A DNA stretch of 64,000 bases from Thermoplasmatota archaeon (GTDB lineage: Archaea > Thermoplasmatota > Thermoplasmata > UBA10834), in NCBI GenBank assembly GCA_040751795.1, contig JBFMHR010000003.1, positions 192,001 through 256,000 on the forward strand, given 5' to 3'. The position numbers and the translations under genes were made by a program. Positions 38,932-48,091 of the stretch are shown here, piece by piece. The notes below the pieces were generated by a model. The model was given only the letters and a program-made list of their open reading frames with translations, did no database searches and was not told where the DNA came from. The first letter of the stretch is position 1, and the number at the start of each line of letters is the position of its first letter.

Positions 38932-39756
38932 ATGCTGGTGAGGGTCAGGGACTCAGTCGCGGCGAACTGGGTGAGGCTGGTCCTCGGCATCATCTCGATA
39001 GTCGCCTTCATAGCGACTTGGGCGATAGTGTCCGACTACCTCGCGGACACGGACAGCGACAAGTCGGAGTACCTGCCAGGCCCCGGGGCCGTCGCCGAGG
39101 CGTTCGTGAAGTCCTTCCTGGAGCCGGTCCCCGGGTTCGACGACATCAGGATGGGCGACATGGTCGCCTCCAGCCTGATCCGCGTTTTCTGGGGGTTCCT
39201 GCTGGCCCTGGCCGTGGCGCTGCCATTGGGACTGACGATGGGCTACTACAGGGCCGCCGACGCGATGGGCAGGCCGCTCGTCGAGATCTTCAGGCCGATC
39301 CCGCCGCTGGCGTGGGTGCCAGTGTTCATGATGGTCTTCAGGAGCTTCTGGGGACCGGTGAGCATAGTCTTCATCGGGGCGTTCTTCCCGATACTCCTCA
39401 ACGTGGTCTTCGGGGTGAGGAGCGTCGACCCGCGGCTGATCGACGCCGCGAGGACGCTCGGGGCCAGGAGGGGCGCCCTGTTCATGAAGGTCGTCATCCC
39501 GACCATAATCCCGTACCTGATGACCGGCATCAAGGTGGGCCTCGGAGTGGGGTGGATGTGCGTCGTCGCAGCGGAGATGATGCCCATCCAGGGCGGGATC
39601 GGGGTCGGGTACTACGTGTGGGCCTCGGCCTTCAGCTACAGCATGTACGACTACACCTACGCGACGATGCTGGTGATCGGCCTGCTCGGAGTGCTCACGA
39701 CGGGAGTCGCCGAGGTCCTCGAGAAGAGGGTCTCGAGATGGATGGGGATGCGATGA
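38932..39756 (+). CDS. NitT/TauT ABC permease
   Basis: RPIPPLAWVP, DAARTLGA, VVAAEM; start uncertain (38902-38932). Confidence 0.93.
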   Translation: MLVRVRDSVAANWVRLVLGIISIVAFIATWAIVSDYLADTDSDKSEYLPGPGAVAEAFVKSFLEPVPGFDDIRMGDMVASSLIRVFWGFLLALAVALPLGLTMGYYRAADAMGRPLVEIFRPIPPLAWVPVFMMVFRSFWGPVSIVFIGAFFPILLNVVFGVRSVDPRLIDAARTLGARRGALFMKVVIPTIIPYLMTGIKVGLGVGWMCVVAAEMMPIQGGIGVGYYVWASAFSYSMYDYTYATMLVIGLLGVLTTGVAEVLEKRVSRWMGMR

Positions 39757-40538
39757 CCGCCTGCATAGAGGTCCGAGGCCTGTCGAAGGTCTTCGTCAAG
39801 GGCAAGCGCGAGGTGGTCGCCCTCGACGGTCTCGACTTCGAGGTGGCAGATGCGGAGTTCGTCTGTCTGCTCGGCCCTTCCGGGTGCGGGAAGACGACGG
39901 TGCTCAGGATCGTGGCCGGCCTCGAGATGGCCACAAAGGGCGATGTCCTGGTCCACGGGAAGAAGGTCGTATCGGCGGGGCCGGAGCGAGGCATGGTGTT
40001 CCAGGAGTTCGCCCTGTTCCCCTGGCGCACGGTCCGCAAGAACATCGAGTTCGGCCTCGAGGTGAGAGGGGTGCCCGAGGCGGAGAGGCACGCGCTCTCC
40101 TCGAAGCTGGTGGACCTGGTCGGCCTGGAGGGGTTCGAGGACGCACACCCCGACGAGCTCTCCGGCGGCATGAGGCAGAGGGTGGGGATCGCGAGGGCGC
40201 TGGCGAACGAGCCCACCGTGCTCCTGATGGACGAGCCGTTCGGCTCTCTGGACGCGCAGACGCGGAACCTGATGCAGAAGGAGCTGCTGAGGATATGGTC
40301 GGCCACGAGGAAGACGGTCCTCTTCGTGACCCACTCCGTCGACGAGGCCGTGTTCCTCGCCGACAAGATCATGGTCATGACGGCCAGGCCAGGGCGGATA
40401 AGGGAGACCATCCCGGTGTCGCTGCCCCGGCCGAGGGACCGCACCAGCGCGGAGTTCATAGCGGTGAGGGGGAAGGTCCTCGCCGAGCTCGACGAGGAGT
40501 TCGAGAAGGCCAGGGAGAAGGAGCTCTCCCCGGAATGA
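39753..40538 (+). CDS. NitT/TauT ABC ATP-binding protein
   Basis: GPSGCGKTT, LSGGMRQR, MDEPFGSLD, VTHSVDEA; ATGA overlap. Confidence 0.95.
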   Translation: MTACIEVRGLSKVFVKGKREVVALDGLDFEVADAEFVCLLGPSGCGKTTVLRIVAGLEMATKGDVLVHGKKVVSAGPERGMVFQEFALFPWRTVRKNIEFGLEVRGVPEAERHALSSKLVDLVGLEGFEDAHPDELSGGMRQRVGIARALANEPTVLLMDEPFGSLDAQTRNLMQKELLRIWSATRKTVLFVTHSVDEAVFLADKIMVMTARPGRIRETIPVSLPRPRDRTSAEFIAVRGKVLAELDEEFEKAREKELSPE

Positions 40539-40595
40539 CCGTGTGCGGCGAATAAAGCATAATGCTTACATAATATCCAATCCATTTAGCGGGCC

Positions 40596-41075
40596 ATGAG
40601 CTTCGAGCTAAATGTCGTCAGCAACACGCCCCTCACGCCGCTGAACGACATAGACGAGGTCGCCATCCTGTTCCTCAACCAGGTCGGGTACTTCCAGAAG
40701 GGCTACGGCCCCAAGACCGACGTCACGGACATCAGGGACAGCGTCCCCTACAGGCTCATGGTCGACCACTTCCTGGCGAGGATGGACAAGGCATGGGTCG
40801 TCGAGGACCTCGCCACGTCCCTCGGGACGACCAAGGCGACGGTCTACAGGCACATCAACAAGCTGAAGGGCTTCGACATCCTCGAGGAGATGAACGTCGA
40901 GCAGCCCGACGGCTCAAGGAAGAAGGGCTATCGGATAAGGTACGGCAACCTGAGCAAGGCGTGGAACTTCACGGAGGCGCACGTGCAGGTCGCGATGGAG
41001 AACTACCGCAAGACGGTGGACCACCTGCAGGAGCTGGCCTCCAAGAGAGGTGAGAAGCATGGCAAAAAGAGATGA
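40596..41075 (+). CDS. winged-HTH transcriptional regulator
   Basis: VEDLATSLGTTKATVYRHINKL. Confidence 0.8.
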   Translation: MSFELNVVSNTPLTPLNDIDEVAILFLNQVGYFQKGYGPKTDVTDIRDSVPYRLMVDHFLARMDKAWVVEDLATSLGTTKATVYRHINKLKGFDILEEMNVEQPDGSRKKGYRIRYGNLSKAWNFTEAHVQVAMENYRKTVDHLQELASKRGEKHGKKR

Positions 41076-41346
41076 CGCGATCGTGCTGACCCCTGGCTCG
41101 CTGTACAGGGTCAGGAGCCTGGAGTCGAGGGAGAAGCCGCTCGAGACGATAGGGGTGTTCAAGGGCTACGCGGCGGTGGCCCACGACACGGCCATCGTGA
41201 TGGAGGTCGAGCTCTCGACCGGCGGGAGCAAGGAGAGGTTCATGCGCCTGATCCCGTCGCACATGGTCATCTCCATCGACGTCCTCAAGGCGGAGAAGGA
41301 GGAGGAGCAGAAGGAGAAGGACAGCAACGCTGTCTACTTCGGATGA
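41059..41346 (+). CDS. hypothetical small beta-barrel protein
   Basis: SD GAGGTGA; RLIPSHMVISIDV; overlaps upstream gene. Confidence 0.75.
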   Translation: MAKRDDAIVLTPGSLYRVRSLESREKPLETIGVFKGYAAVAHDTAIVMEVELSTGGSKERFMRLIPSHMVISIDVLKAEKEEEQKEKDSNAVYFG

Positions 41347-41358
41347 CCTCTCGGGGAC

Positions 41359-41643
41359 ATGATCGTCAAGCTCAGCCCGACCGAGATGAGGATACTGAAG
41401 ATTCTCCAGGACTGGTACCCGGTCACGGTCGAGGAGATCAGGGAGGAGCTCAGGATGAGGGAGGACACCCTCCATAGGGCCCTCAAGTCCATGGTGGTAA
41501 AGGGGGTCGTCGCCCTCGAGCCGCTGAGCGACAAGACCTACGTGAGGCTCCTCATGTCTGACGTGAGCGTCGCCCCCAAGGGTAGGAGGCCGAAGACGGG
41601 GGACGGGCCCGAGGACTTCTACGACGCGCTGGTGTACCAGTGA
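41359..41643 (+). CDS. small winged-HTH protein
   Basis: LSPTEMRIL..YPVTVEEIREEL..LHRALKSM..KGVV. Confidence 0.75.
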   Translation: MIVKLSPTEMRILKILQDWYPVTVEEIREELRMREDTLHRALKSMVVKGVVALEPLSDKTYVRLLMSDVSVAPKGRRPKTGDGPEDFYDALVYQ

Positions 41644-41694
41644 GGGCCGGGCGGGCCGATAAGTAGATATCCGGACTGATTTCTAGGAGCGGGC

Positions 41695-43248
41695 GTGGGC
41701 TACTACGACGAGTTCATCCAGGCCATCGTCTCGGGCGATGTGACGACCAGGGACGCCGTCCTGCGGCTCAAGGCGAGGCTGTGCAGGAGGCACGGCCTGT
41801 CCAGGGTGCCCACCAACTACGAGATACTCGCCCATGTCCCCGAGGGGCTGAGGGAGGTCGTCGAGCCCCTCCTGAGGAACAAGCCCGTCAGGACGATCAG
41901 CGGGGTCGCCCCCGTCGCCGTGATGACGAGCCCGTACGAGTGCCCCCACGGCAGGTGCTCGTACTGCCCGGGGGGCGTCGCGAACAACAGCCCCCAGTCC
42001 TACACGGGCAGGGAGCCGGCCGCGCTCCGCGCGGCCATGAACGACTTCGACCCGCACAGGCAGACCTCGTCGCGGCTGGAGCAGCTCAGGGCAATCGGCC
42101 ACAGGACCGACAAGGTCGACCTCATCGTCATGGGCGGGACGTTCACATCGAGGCCGGAGGACTACCAGGAGTGGTTCGTCAAGCGCTGCTTCGACGCGAT
42201 GAACCGGCAGGAGTCGCGGGACATAGCCGCAGCGCACTCGCTGAACGAGGCCGCTCCGTCCAGGTGCGTCGGGCTCACGGTCGAGACGCGGCCGGACTGG
42301 TTCGCCGCCGATCAGATAGACACCTCCATGCGCCTCGGCGCCACGAAGGTGGAGTTCGGGGTCCAGATACTGGACGACGCGGTCCTGGACGGCGTGAAGC
42401 GCGGCCACCGCGTCGATGCGGTGGTCGAGGCGACTGCGAGGGCGAAGGACGCGGGGCTCAAGGTGTGCTACCACGTCATGCCCGGCCTCCCGGGCAGCTC
42501 CCGCGAGAAGGACCTCGCCTCATTCGCCAGGATGTTCGAGGACCCGAGGTTCCGGCCGGACATGCTCAAGATATACCCGACGCTCGTGGTCAAGGGGACC
42601 GGGCTCCACGGCCAGTGGGAGAGGGGCGAGTACGCGCCGCTCTCGGTCGAGGAGGGCGTCTCCCTCCTCGCCGAGATGAAGTCCATGGTCCCTCCCTACG
42701 TCAGGATACTCAGGATCCAGAGGGACATCCCCGCGCACCTCATCGAGGCCGGCATCAGGAAGGGGCACCTCAGGGAGCTCGTCGCAGAGAGGATGTCCGC
42801 TGAAGGACGGGCCTGCGGATGCATCCGCTGCCGCGAGGTCGGGCACCTCGGAGTGGACGCCTCCGACAGGGCGACGGAGCCCGGCCTGCGCTCCGTGGCA
42901 TACGACGCCTCCGGGGGCAGGGAGGTGTTCCTCTCGTTCGAGTCGGAGGGCAGGGGCTCGCTGGTCGGCTACGCCAGGCTGCGGCTCCCTGGCGGGGGAT
43001 CGGACCATGCCTTCGTGAGGGAGCTCCATGTCTACGGCCAGATGGTCCCGATCCACGGGGAGCCCGGCGCCAAGTGGCAGCACCGCGGCTTCGGAGAGCG
43101 CCTGCTGGCCGAATGCGAGCGTCTGGCGTCATCCGAGGGTCGGCCGGAGCTCAGGGTCACCAGCGGCGTGGGCGTCAGGGGCTATTACCGGGCCCTGGGG
43201 TACGAGAGGCGGGGCCATTACATGGCCAAGCCGCTCGGCGGGCCATGA
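41695..43248 (+). CDS. elp3: Elp3 radical SAM/GNAT tRNA U34 modification enzyme
   Basis: RTISGVAPVAVM, CPHGRCSYCPGG, ETRPD, KIYPT, RELHVYG, QHRGFG. Confidence 0.96.
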   Translation: MGYYDEFIQAIVSGDVTTRDAVLRLKARLCRRHGLSRVPTNYEILAHVPEGLREVVEPLLRNKPVRTISGVAPVAVMTSPYECPHGRCSYCPGGVANNSPQSYTGREPAALRAAMNDFDPHRQTSSRLEQLRAIGHRTDKVDLIVMGGTFTSRPEDYQEWFVKRCFDAMNRQESRDIAAAHSLNEAAPSRCVGLTVETRPDWFAADQIDTSMRLGATKVEFGVQILDDAVLDGVKRGHRVDAVVEATARAKDAGLKVCYHVMPGLPGSSREKDLASFARMFEDPRFRPDMLKIYPTLVVKGTGLHGQWERGEYAPLSVEEGVSLLAEMKSMVPPYVRILRIQRDIPAHLIEAGIRKGHLRELVAERMSAEGRACGCIRCREVGHLGVDASDRATEPGLRSVAYDASGGREVFLSFESEGRGSLVGYARLRLPGGGSDHAFVRELHVYGQMVPIHGEPGAKWQHRGFGERLLAECERLASSEGRPELRVTSGVGVRGYYRALGYERRGHYMAKPLGGP

Positions 43249-43312
43249 CCCGACGCTATGATTATATGAGTAGAACCTTTATCGCATAAGCGACTCAGAA
43301 AGGGGGTACTGT

Positions 43313-45193
43313 TTGGCCTGTCTGAAATGTGGCACCATGACCGAGGACGGCGCCCTCCTCTGCGAGAACTGCGCCGACGAATCCATCATGGACCCCAGGT
43401 TCTTCATCAATCCTTCACTCATAGGCAGGAGCGTGTTCACGAGGCTCAGGTCCGAGGGGTCGGGAGCCGCCGCCCTGGGACCGGTGGCCGGCCCCGACGT
43501 CTCGTTCATCGCCTCCTCGGACCTGGATAGGGCGGTCAGGGACGCCGTCGTCACCGCAATGGGGCCGGAGGAGGCCAGGCCGTTCTGCGACAGGTGCAAC
43601 ACCATCCTGTCGCACCTGGGCGTGCCCCTGAAGTTCGACGACCGCGTGATGCTCCTGACCGACGACTCCGCGGCGACCATATCGACGATAGTCCAGAGGG
43701 TGAACGCGGTCGACGCTGCGCACCCCGGTTGCGGCCCGACGGACCTTTACCTGCGTATGGGAATGATCTACTGGTGCGCCCACCACAGCGTGCTCCTGAG
43801 GGCCGCGCCGAAGCGGTGGGCCGCCAGGAAGCGCGAGGAGTTCTACGGCAAGGCCAGGGACTACCTGTCGAAGGTCCCCGAGAACGACGACCTGCGGTCG
43901 ATCGCCGAGTACGACCTTGGCGTCCTCGGGGTCGGGGCGCGTGACTGGGATGCAGCGCGGGACCACCTCACCAAGGCCCTCTCGCACTTCGCCGGGGACC
44001 TCAGCATCATCGAGCACCTCGCGAGGGCGCACCTCGAGCTGGGGAACTCGATGGACGCGATGGCCAGGATAGATGAGGCGCTGGCTTCCGCCGACGTCCC
44101 GCGGCTGTGGGTCCTCAAGGGCGAGCTGCTCGAGAACATGAACATGCTCCAGGAGTCGCTGGAGTGCTACAGCAGGGCCCTGACGCTGGACCCGAGGTAC
44201 ATGGACGCGCACGACCACATCATCGCGGTCCTCAGGGGACTGGGGAGGATGGAGGAGGCCTCCCTCGCCGAGCGCCAGCGCGCCATGGCGAAGACCCCAG
44301 ACCTGGACCAGAAGGTCGCCGACCTGATCAACGAGCTGAAGAAGGCGTCGGCCGAGGTCGCCGCGCCCCACGTCAAGCACCCCCCGCGTCCCGTGCCGAC
44401 TCACGAGGCTCCGAAGGCAGAGGAGCCAGTGTCGTACCCGATAGAGCTGGCCAAGGAGGCGCTCAGGTCGGGCAACTACGACTCCGCCATCCAGATGTCC
44501 GAGCAGATCCTCAGGGAGGACCCGGACTCGCGCGAAGTCCAGCTGATGCTCATCGAGTCCCTGGTCGCCACAGGCGACCTCGCGAGGGCCTCGTCCGCCG
44601 TCCGCTCGTTCTACGAGAAGAACCGCGAGGACCCCCACGCCTGGTACTGGCGGGGCGTCGTCGCCGACAGGGAGGGCAAGTGGGGCGCGGCCGTCCAGTA
44701 CTTCTCCAAGTCGGTCACCCTCGACCCGTCCTACATCGGCTCGTGGCTCGCGATGGGCGACCTCCTTCTCAAGAACGACAAGGTCAGCGGAGCCGATGAG
44801 AGCTACTCGCGCGTGCTCCAGATGGACGGCGCCAGCCCGCAGGCATGGCTCGGCAAGGCCAAGGCAATGCACAAGCTGGGCAGGTGGGGAGCCGCGATCC
44901 AGTGCATGGACAAGTACAACATGCTGGCGCCTCGGGACAAGGACGCGTGGCTCCTCAAGGCCGACCTGCTCTTCGAGAAGGAGAAGCACAGGCGCGCCGT
45001 CGAGGCCTACGACAAGTTCCTCGAGCTCGACCAGGACGACTCGTACGCCCTCGGCAGGAAGGGGATAGCCCTCAACGCCCTGGGGATGACGGACGAGGCG
45101 AGGAAGTGCCTCGAGGAGGCCGTCAGGCTGGACCCGGCGAACAGGGACGCGGCGAAGTGGCTGAAGCTGCTCGTCGAGGAGGGCGGGGCCTGA
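43313..45193 (+). CDS. TPR-repeat protein with N-terminal zinc ribbon
   Basis: CLKC..CENC; many TPR units (AWYWRG, AWLGKA, AWLLKA); own TATA near 43260. Confidence 0.88.
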   Translation: MACLKCGTMTEDGALLCENCADESIMDPRFFINPSLIGRSVFTRLRSEGSGAAALGPVAGPDVSFIASSDLDRAVRDAVVTAMGPEEARPFCDRCNTILSHLGVPLKFDDRVMLLTDDSAATISTIVQRVNAVDAAHPGCGPTDLYLRMGMIYWCAHHSVLLRAAPKRWAARKREEFYGKARDYLSKVPENDDLRSIAEYDLGVLGVGARDWDAARDHLTKALSHFAGDLSIIEHLARAHLELGNSMDAMARIDEALASADVPRLWVLKGELLENMNMLQESLECYSRALTLDPRYMDAHDHIIAVLRGLGRMEEASLAERQRAMAKTPDLDQKVADLINELKKASAEVAAPHVKHPPRPVPTHEAPKAEEPVSYPIELAKEALRSGNYDSAIQMSEQILREDPDSREVQLMLIESLVATGDLARASSAVRSFYEKNREDPHAWYWRGVVADREGKWGAAVQYFSKSVTLDPSYIGSWLAMGDLLLKNDKVSGADESYSRVLQMDGASPQAWLGKAKAMHKLGRWGAAIQCMDKYNMLAPRDKDAWLLKADLLFEKEKHRRAVEAYDKFLELDQDDSYALGRKGIALNALGMTDEARKCLEEAVRLDPANRDAAKWLKLLVEEGGA

Positions 45194-47784
45194 TGGTCGA
45201 GCTGGACAAGATCCTCAGCGAGCGCTCGGACGAGCGCATCCTCTCGTCCGTGGCGTCGCTCCCGGACCAGGAGTTCGGCTCCCTGGTCGAGAAGATCCTG
45301 GGGTACCTCGAGCTCAAGACGCTCCGCAGCCGGCCGCGGGGCACGTTCATCATCGCGGACTGCGAGCACAGGCCGGACGGCAGGAAGTACGCCGTGTTCT
45401 TCTCCAGGAGGGACGAGGCCATCGTCAGGGGCGACGTGGAGAGCCTGACCTCCTACATGGAGAAGACGGGCTCCGACAGCGCCCTCGTGCTCACGGTGAG
45501 CGTGGTCGCCCCGGAGGCCCAGGCCTTCCTGAACAAGCGCGGCATCGGGTTCGCGGACGGGCCCAAGCTCGCAGCGCTCCTCCGCAGGTTCGACCTCGAC
45601 AAGGCCGTGGTCGGCTACGCGGACTCCAAGAAGGCGGAGGTCCCGCTCGAGCCGGAGCGCGCCAAGGCCGCCGGGGCGAGGCTCGAGGACGCGATGCGCA
45701 CCGGCTACGACGCCCTCTCCTCCAAGGACCTCATGCGGGCGCTGGAGGCCTTCGACCTGGCGATATTCCTCGACGACACCTACGACGTCTCCTGGAGGCT
45801 CAAGGGCAACACGCTGGACGAGATGGGCTACCACGAGCAGGCGCTGGAGTGCTACAAGCGCGCACTGGAGCTCCTCCCCGAGGGCGAGGAGACATGGTAC
45901 TCCCTCGGGAACTGCTTCTACGCGCTCGGCCGGTTCAACGAGGAGATCATGTGCTACGACAAGGCGCTCTTCTACAACCCCACGCTGCAGAAGGCGCTGA
46001 TCAACAAAGGCTCCACGCTCCACAGGCTCGGCCGCTACCAGGAGGCCCTCGACACATACGACAAGGTCCTCAAGATCAACTACAGGCTCGAGAAGGTCCA
46101 CAACAACAAGGGCGCCACGTTCCACGCGATGGGGCGGGGCCCGGAGGCGCTCGACTCGTACAACAGGGCCATCGAGCTGAAGCACGACTACGTCGAGGCA
46201 TGGGTCAACAAGGGCAACCTCCTCTACGAGCTCGCCCGGTACGACGAGGCCCTCGAGGCGTTCTCCCAGGTGACCGGGTTCAGGCCGGAGTACCCCAAGG
46301 GCTGGTACCTGCAGGGCCTGGTGCTCCGGAAGCTCGGCAGGGCCGTCCAGGCCAAGGCCGCGTTCGAGCAGGCCATAAGGCTCGACCCCGACATGGTCGA
46401 GGCTAGGAGGGCGCTTGAGGAGGAGTCCAAGAAGGTCGCGGACAGGTTCGTCGAGGTCCCGAGGCTCGTCAAGGACATCTTCGCCAGGCGCCCGGAGGAG
46501 GAGGAGCCGCCTCCTCCCCCGGAGGAGGAGCCGCCGGCGCCCATGGTGGCGGAGGACGAGGTCGCCAGGGACCGGGAGCAGAGGGTCGAGGCCATCGCCG
46601 AGGAGCTCTACGGCGACCGGGCCGAGCTGCTCCTGCTCCTCGGTCGGTTCGACGAGGCCTTCGACTTCCTTGGGAAGTCGCTCAGGCTCGAGGGCGAGAG
46701 CGCGCCCCTCCTCACCGCCGCCGGCAACGTGCTGTACCGGCAGGGGAAGCGCGACGCGGCGATCAAGTCCTTCGAGCACGCCGTCGCGGCCGACCCGTCG
46801 TACGTGCCGGCCCTGATCAACCTGCACACCGCCCTGGTCGACTCGGGGGAGTGGGACAGGGCGAACCAGGTGGGCGACTCCCTCAGGCGCTCGGACGCCG
46901 GATGGCAGGGCCACGCGCTGGCATCGCTGGCCTCCAGGCACAGGAAGGACTACCCGAGGGCCATCGAGGACGCCGAGAACGCCATCGCCGCGGACAACCT
47001 CTCCATGCTCATGAACTACAGGGGGCTGCTGAAGCTCGAGGCGGACGACCTCGCCGGCGCGGGGGAGTCCTTCGAGCGAGCGAAGTCCATGGCCCTGGAC
47101 CCGTCCGAGGCCCACAACAACTCCGGCCTGGTCCTGTACAGGAAGGGGGACGTCGAGGCGGCGAGCCTGGAGTTCGACAGGGCGATAAGGATGGCCAAGG
47201 CCAACGCCGCGGCGTGGAATAACCGGGGCTGCGTCCTCTACAAGATGGACAGGCTGCGCGAGGCGGTCGCCTGCTTCGAGGAGTCGATCCTCATATCGCC
47301 CACCACCGTCGCGGCGAACAACAAGGGGTTCAGCCAGCTCACCCTCGACTCCCTACCGGAGGCCCTCGCCTCCTTCGACCACTCGCTGAAGCTCGGGGAG
47401 ACGGCGGAGGCATACAACAGCAGGGGCATCGTGCTGCTGAGGATGGGCCAGGTGGAGGAGTCCCAGGCGGCCTTCAGGGAGGCGCTGAGGCTCTCGCCCG
47501 TGTTCAAGGACGCCCTCTCCAACCTGAAGAGGGCGGAGTCGCTCAGGCCGCTCCCGAGGCCCCCGGAACCGGAGTCGGGGCCCAAGGCCCCGCCGAGGAT
47601 GGAGGTCGTGGGCGGGAAGGAGCCGTCCTCCGTGAAGTTGTCCGACCTCACCCTCCAGAACCTGAGGGGGAAGCGGAAGTCGGAGCTCGAGGCGATGTGC
47701 GAGTCCGTCGGCGCGAGCCCGAGGGGCTCGAAGACGGAGCTCATCAACCGCCTGCTGAGGACGAGGAAGCAGCTCGAGAAGTGA
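45193..47784 (+). CDS. TPR-repeat protein with N-terminal Mrr-like domain and C-terminal SAP motif
   Basis: TGATG coupling; many NKG/NRG TPRs; KSELEAMCESVGASPRGSKTELINRL. Confidence 0.88.
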   Translation: MVELDKILSERSDERILSSVASLPDQEFGSLVEKILGYLELKTLRSRPRGTFIIADCEHRPDGRKYAVFFSRRDEAIVRGDVESLTSYMEKTGSDSALVLTVSVVAPEAQAFLNKRGIGFADGPKLAALLRRFDLDKAVVGYADSKKAEVPLEPERAKAAGARLEDAMRTGYDALSSKDLMRALEAFDLAIFLDDTYDVSWRLKGNTLDEMGYHEQALECYKRALELLPEGEETWYSLGNCFYALGRFNEEIMCYDKALFYNPTLQKALINKGSTLHRLGRYQEALDTYDKVLKINYRLEKVHNNKGATFHAMGRGPEALDSYNRAIELKHDYVEAWVNKGNLLYELARYDEALEAFSQVTGFRPEYPKGWYLQGLVLRKLGRAVQAKAAFEQAIRLDPDMVEARRALEEESKKVADRFVEVPRLVKDIFARRPEEEEPPPPPEEEPPAPMVAEDEVARDREQRVEAIAEELYGDRAELLLLLGRFDEAFDFLGKSLRLEGESAPLLTAAGNVLYRQGKRDAAIKSFEHAVAADPSYVPALINLHTALVDSGEWDRANQVGDSLRRSDAGWQGHALASLASRHRKDYPRAIEDAENAIAADNLSMLMNYRGLLKLEADDLAGAGESFERAKSMALDPSEAHNNSGLVLYRKGDVEAASLEFDRAIRMAKANAAAWNNRGCVLYKMDRLREAVACFEESILISPTTVAANNKGFSQLTLDSLPEALASFDHSLKLGETAEAYNSRGIVLLRMGQVEESQAAFREALRLSPVFKDALSNLKRAESLRPLPRPPEPESGPKAPPRMEVVGGKEPSSVKLSDLTLQNLRGKRKSELEAMCESVGASPRGSKTELINRLLRTRKQLEK

Positions 47785-47834
47785 GCAGGGCTCCCGCTCT
47801 GCCGTGTCTCAGTCATGCCGTCGGCCGGCGCCCT

Positions 47835-48080
47835 TCAGGCTATGTTCATGACGACTACGTCACGGACCGCCTTCATCTCGCTGAAGGGCAGTATGAGCCT
47901 TCCCTGAGCGTCCGTCTTGAAGAGCCTCGGCTCGACCTCCTCCGCCGGGATCACGAGGACGTTCTGCAGCTCGCCGGACTTCGTGTCGATCAGGAAGTTC
48001 TCAATCATTCCGAGTATCTGGCCGTCGTTGGTCATCACGGTTTTGCCCTTCAGCTCGGTGATGAATTTCCGCATTGACAT
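47835..48080 (-). CDS. PRC-barrel protein (CdpB1-like)
   Basis: LKGKTVMTNDGQILG..IDTKSGEL..LPFSEMKAVRDVVV. Confidence 0.88.
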   Translation of the reverse strand: MSMRKFITELKGKTVMTNDGQILGMIENFLIDTKSGELQNVLVIPAEEVEPRLFKTDAQGRLILPFSEMKAVRDVVVMNIA

Positions 48081-48091
48081 CCCATCTCCAG

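Noticed and set aside
44845-47784. ORF-track extended starts or apparent fusions (44845, 38868, 59169, 60961, 62219, 29886, 51279)
   Set aside because: The N-terminal extensions are out-of-frame overlaps of upstream genes; true starts lie at ATGA/GTGA/TGATG junctions or just after an SD.
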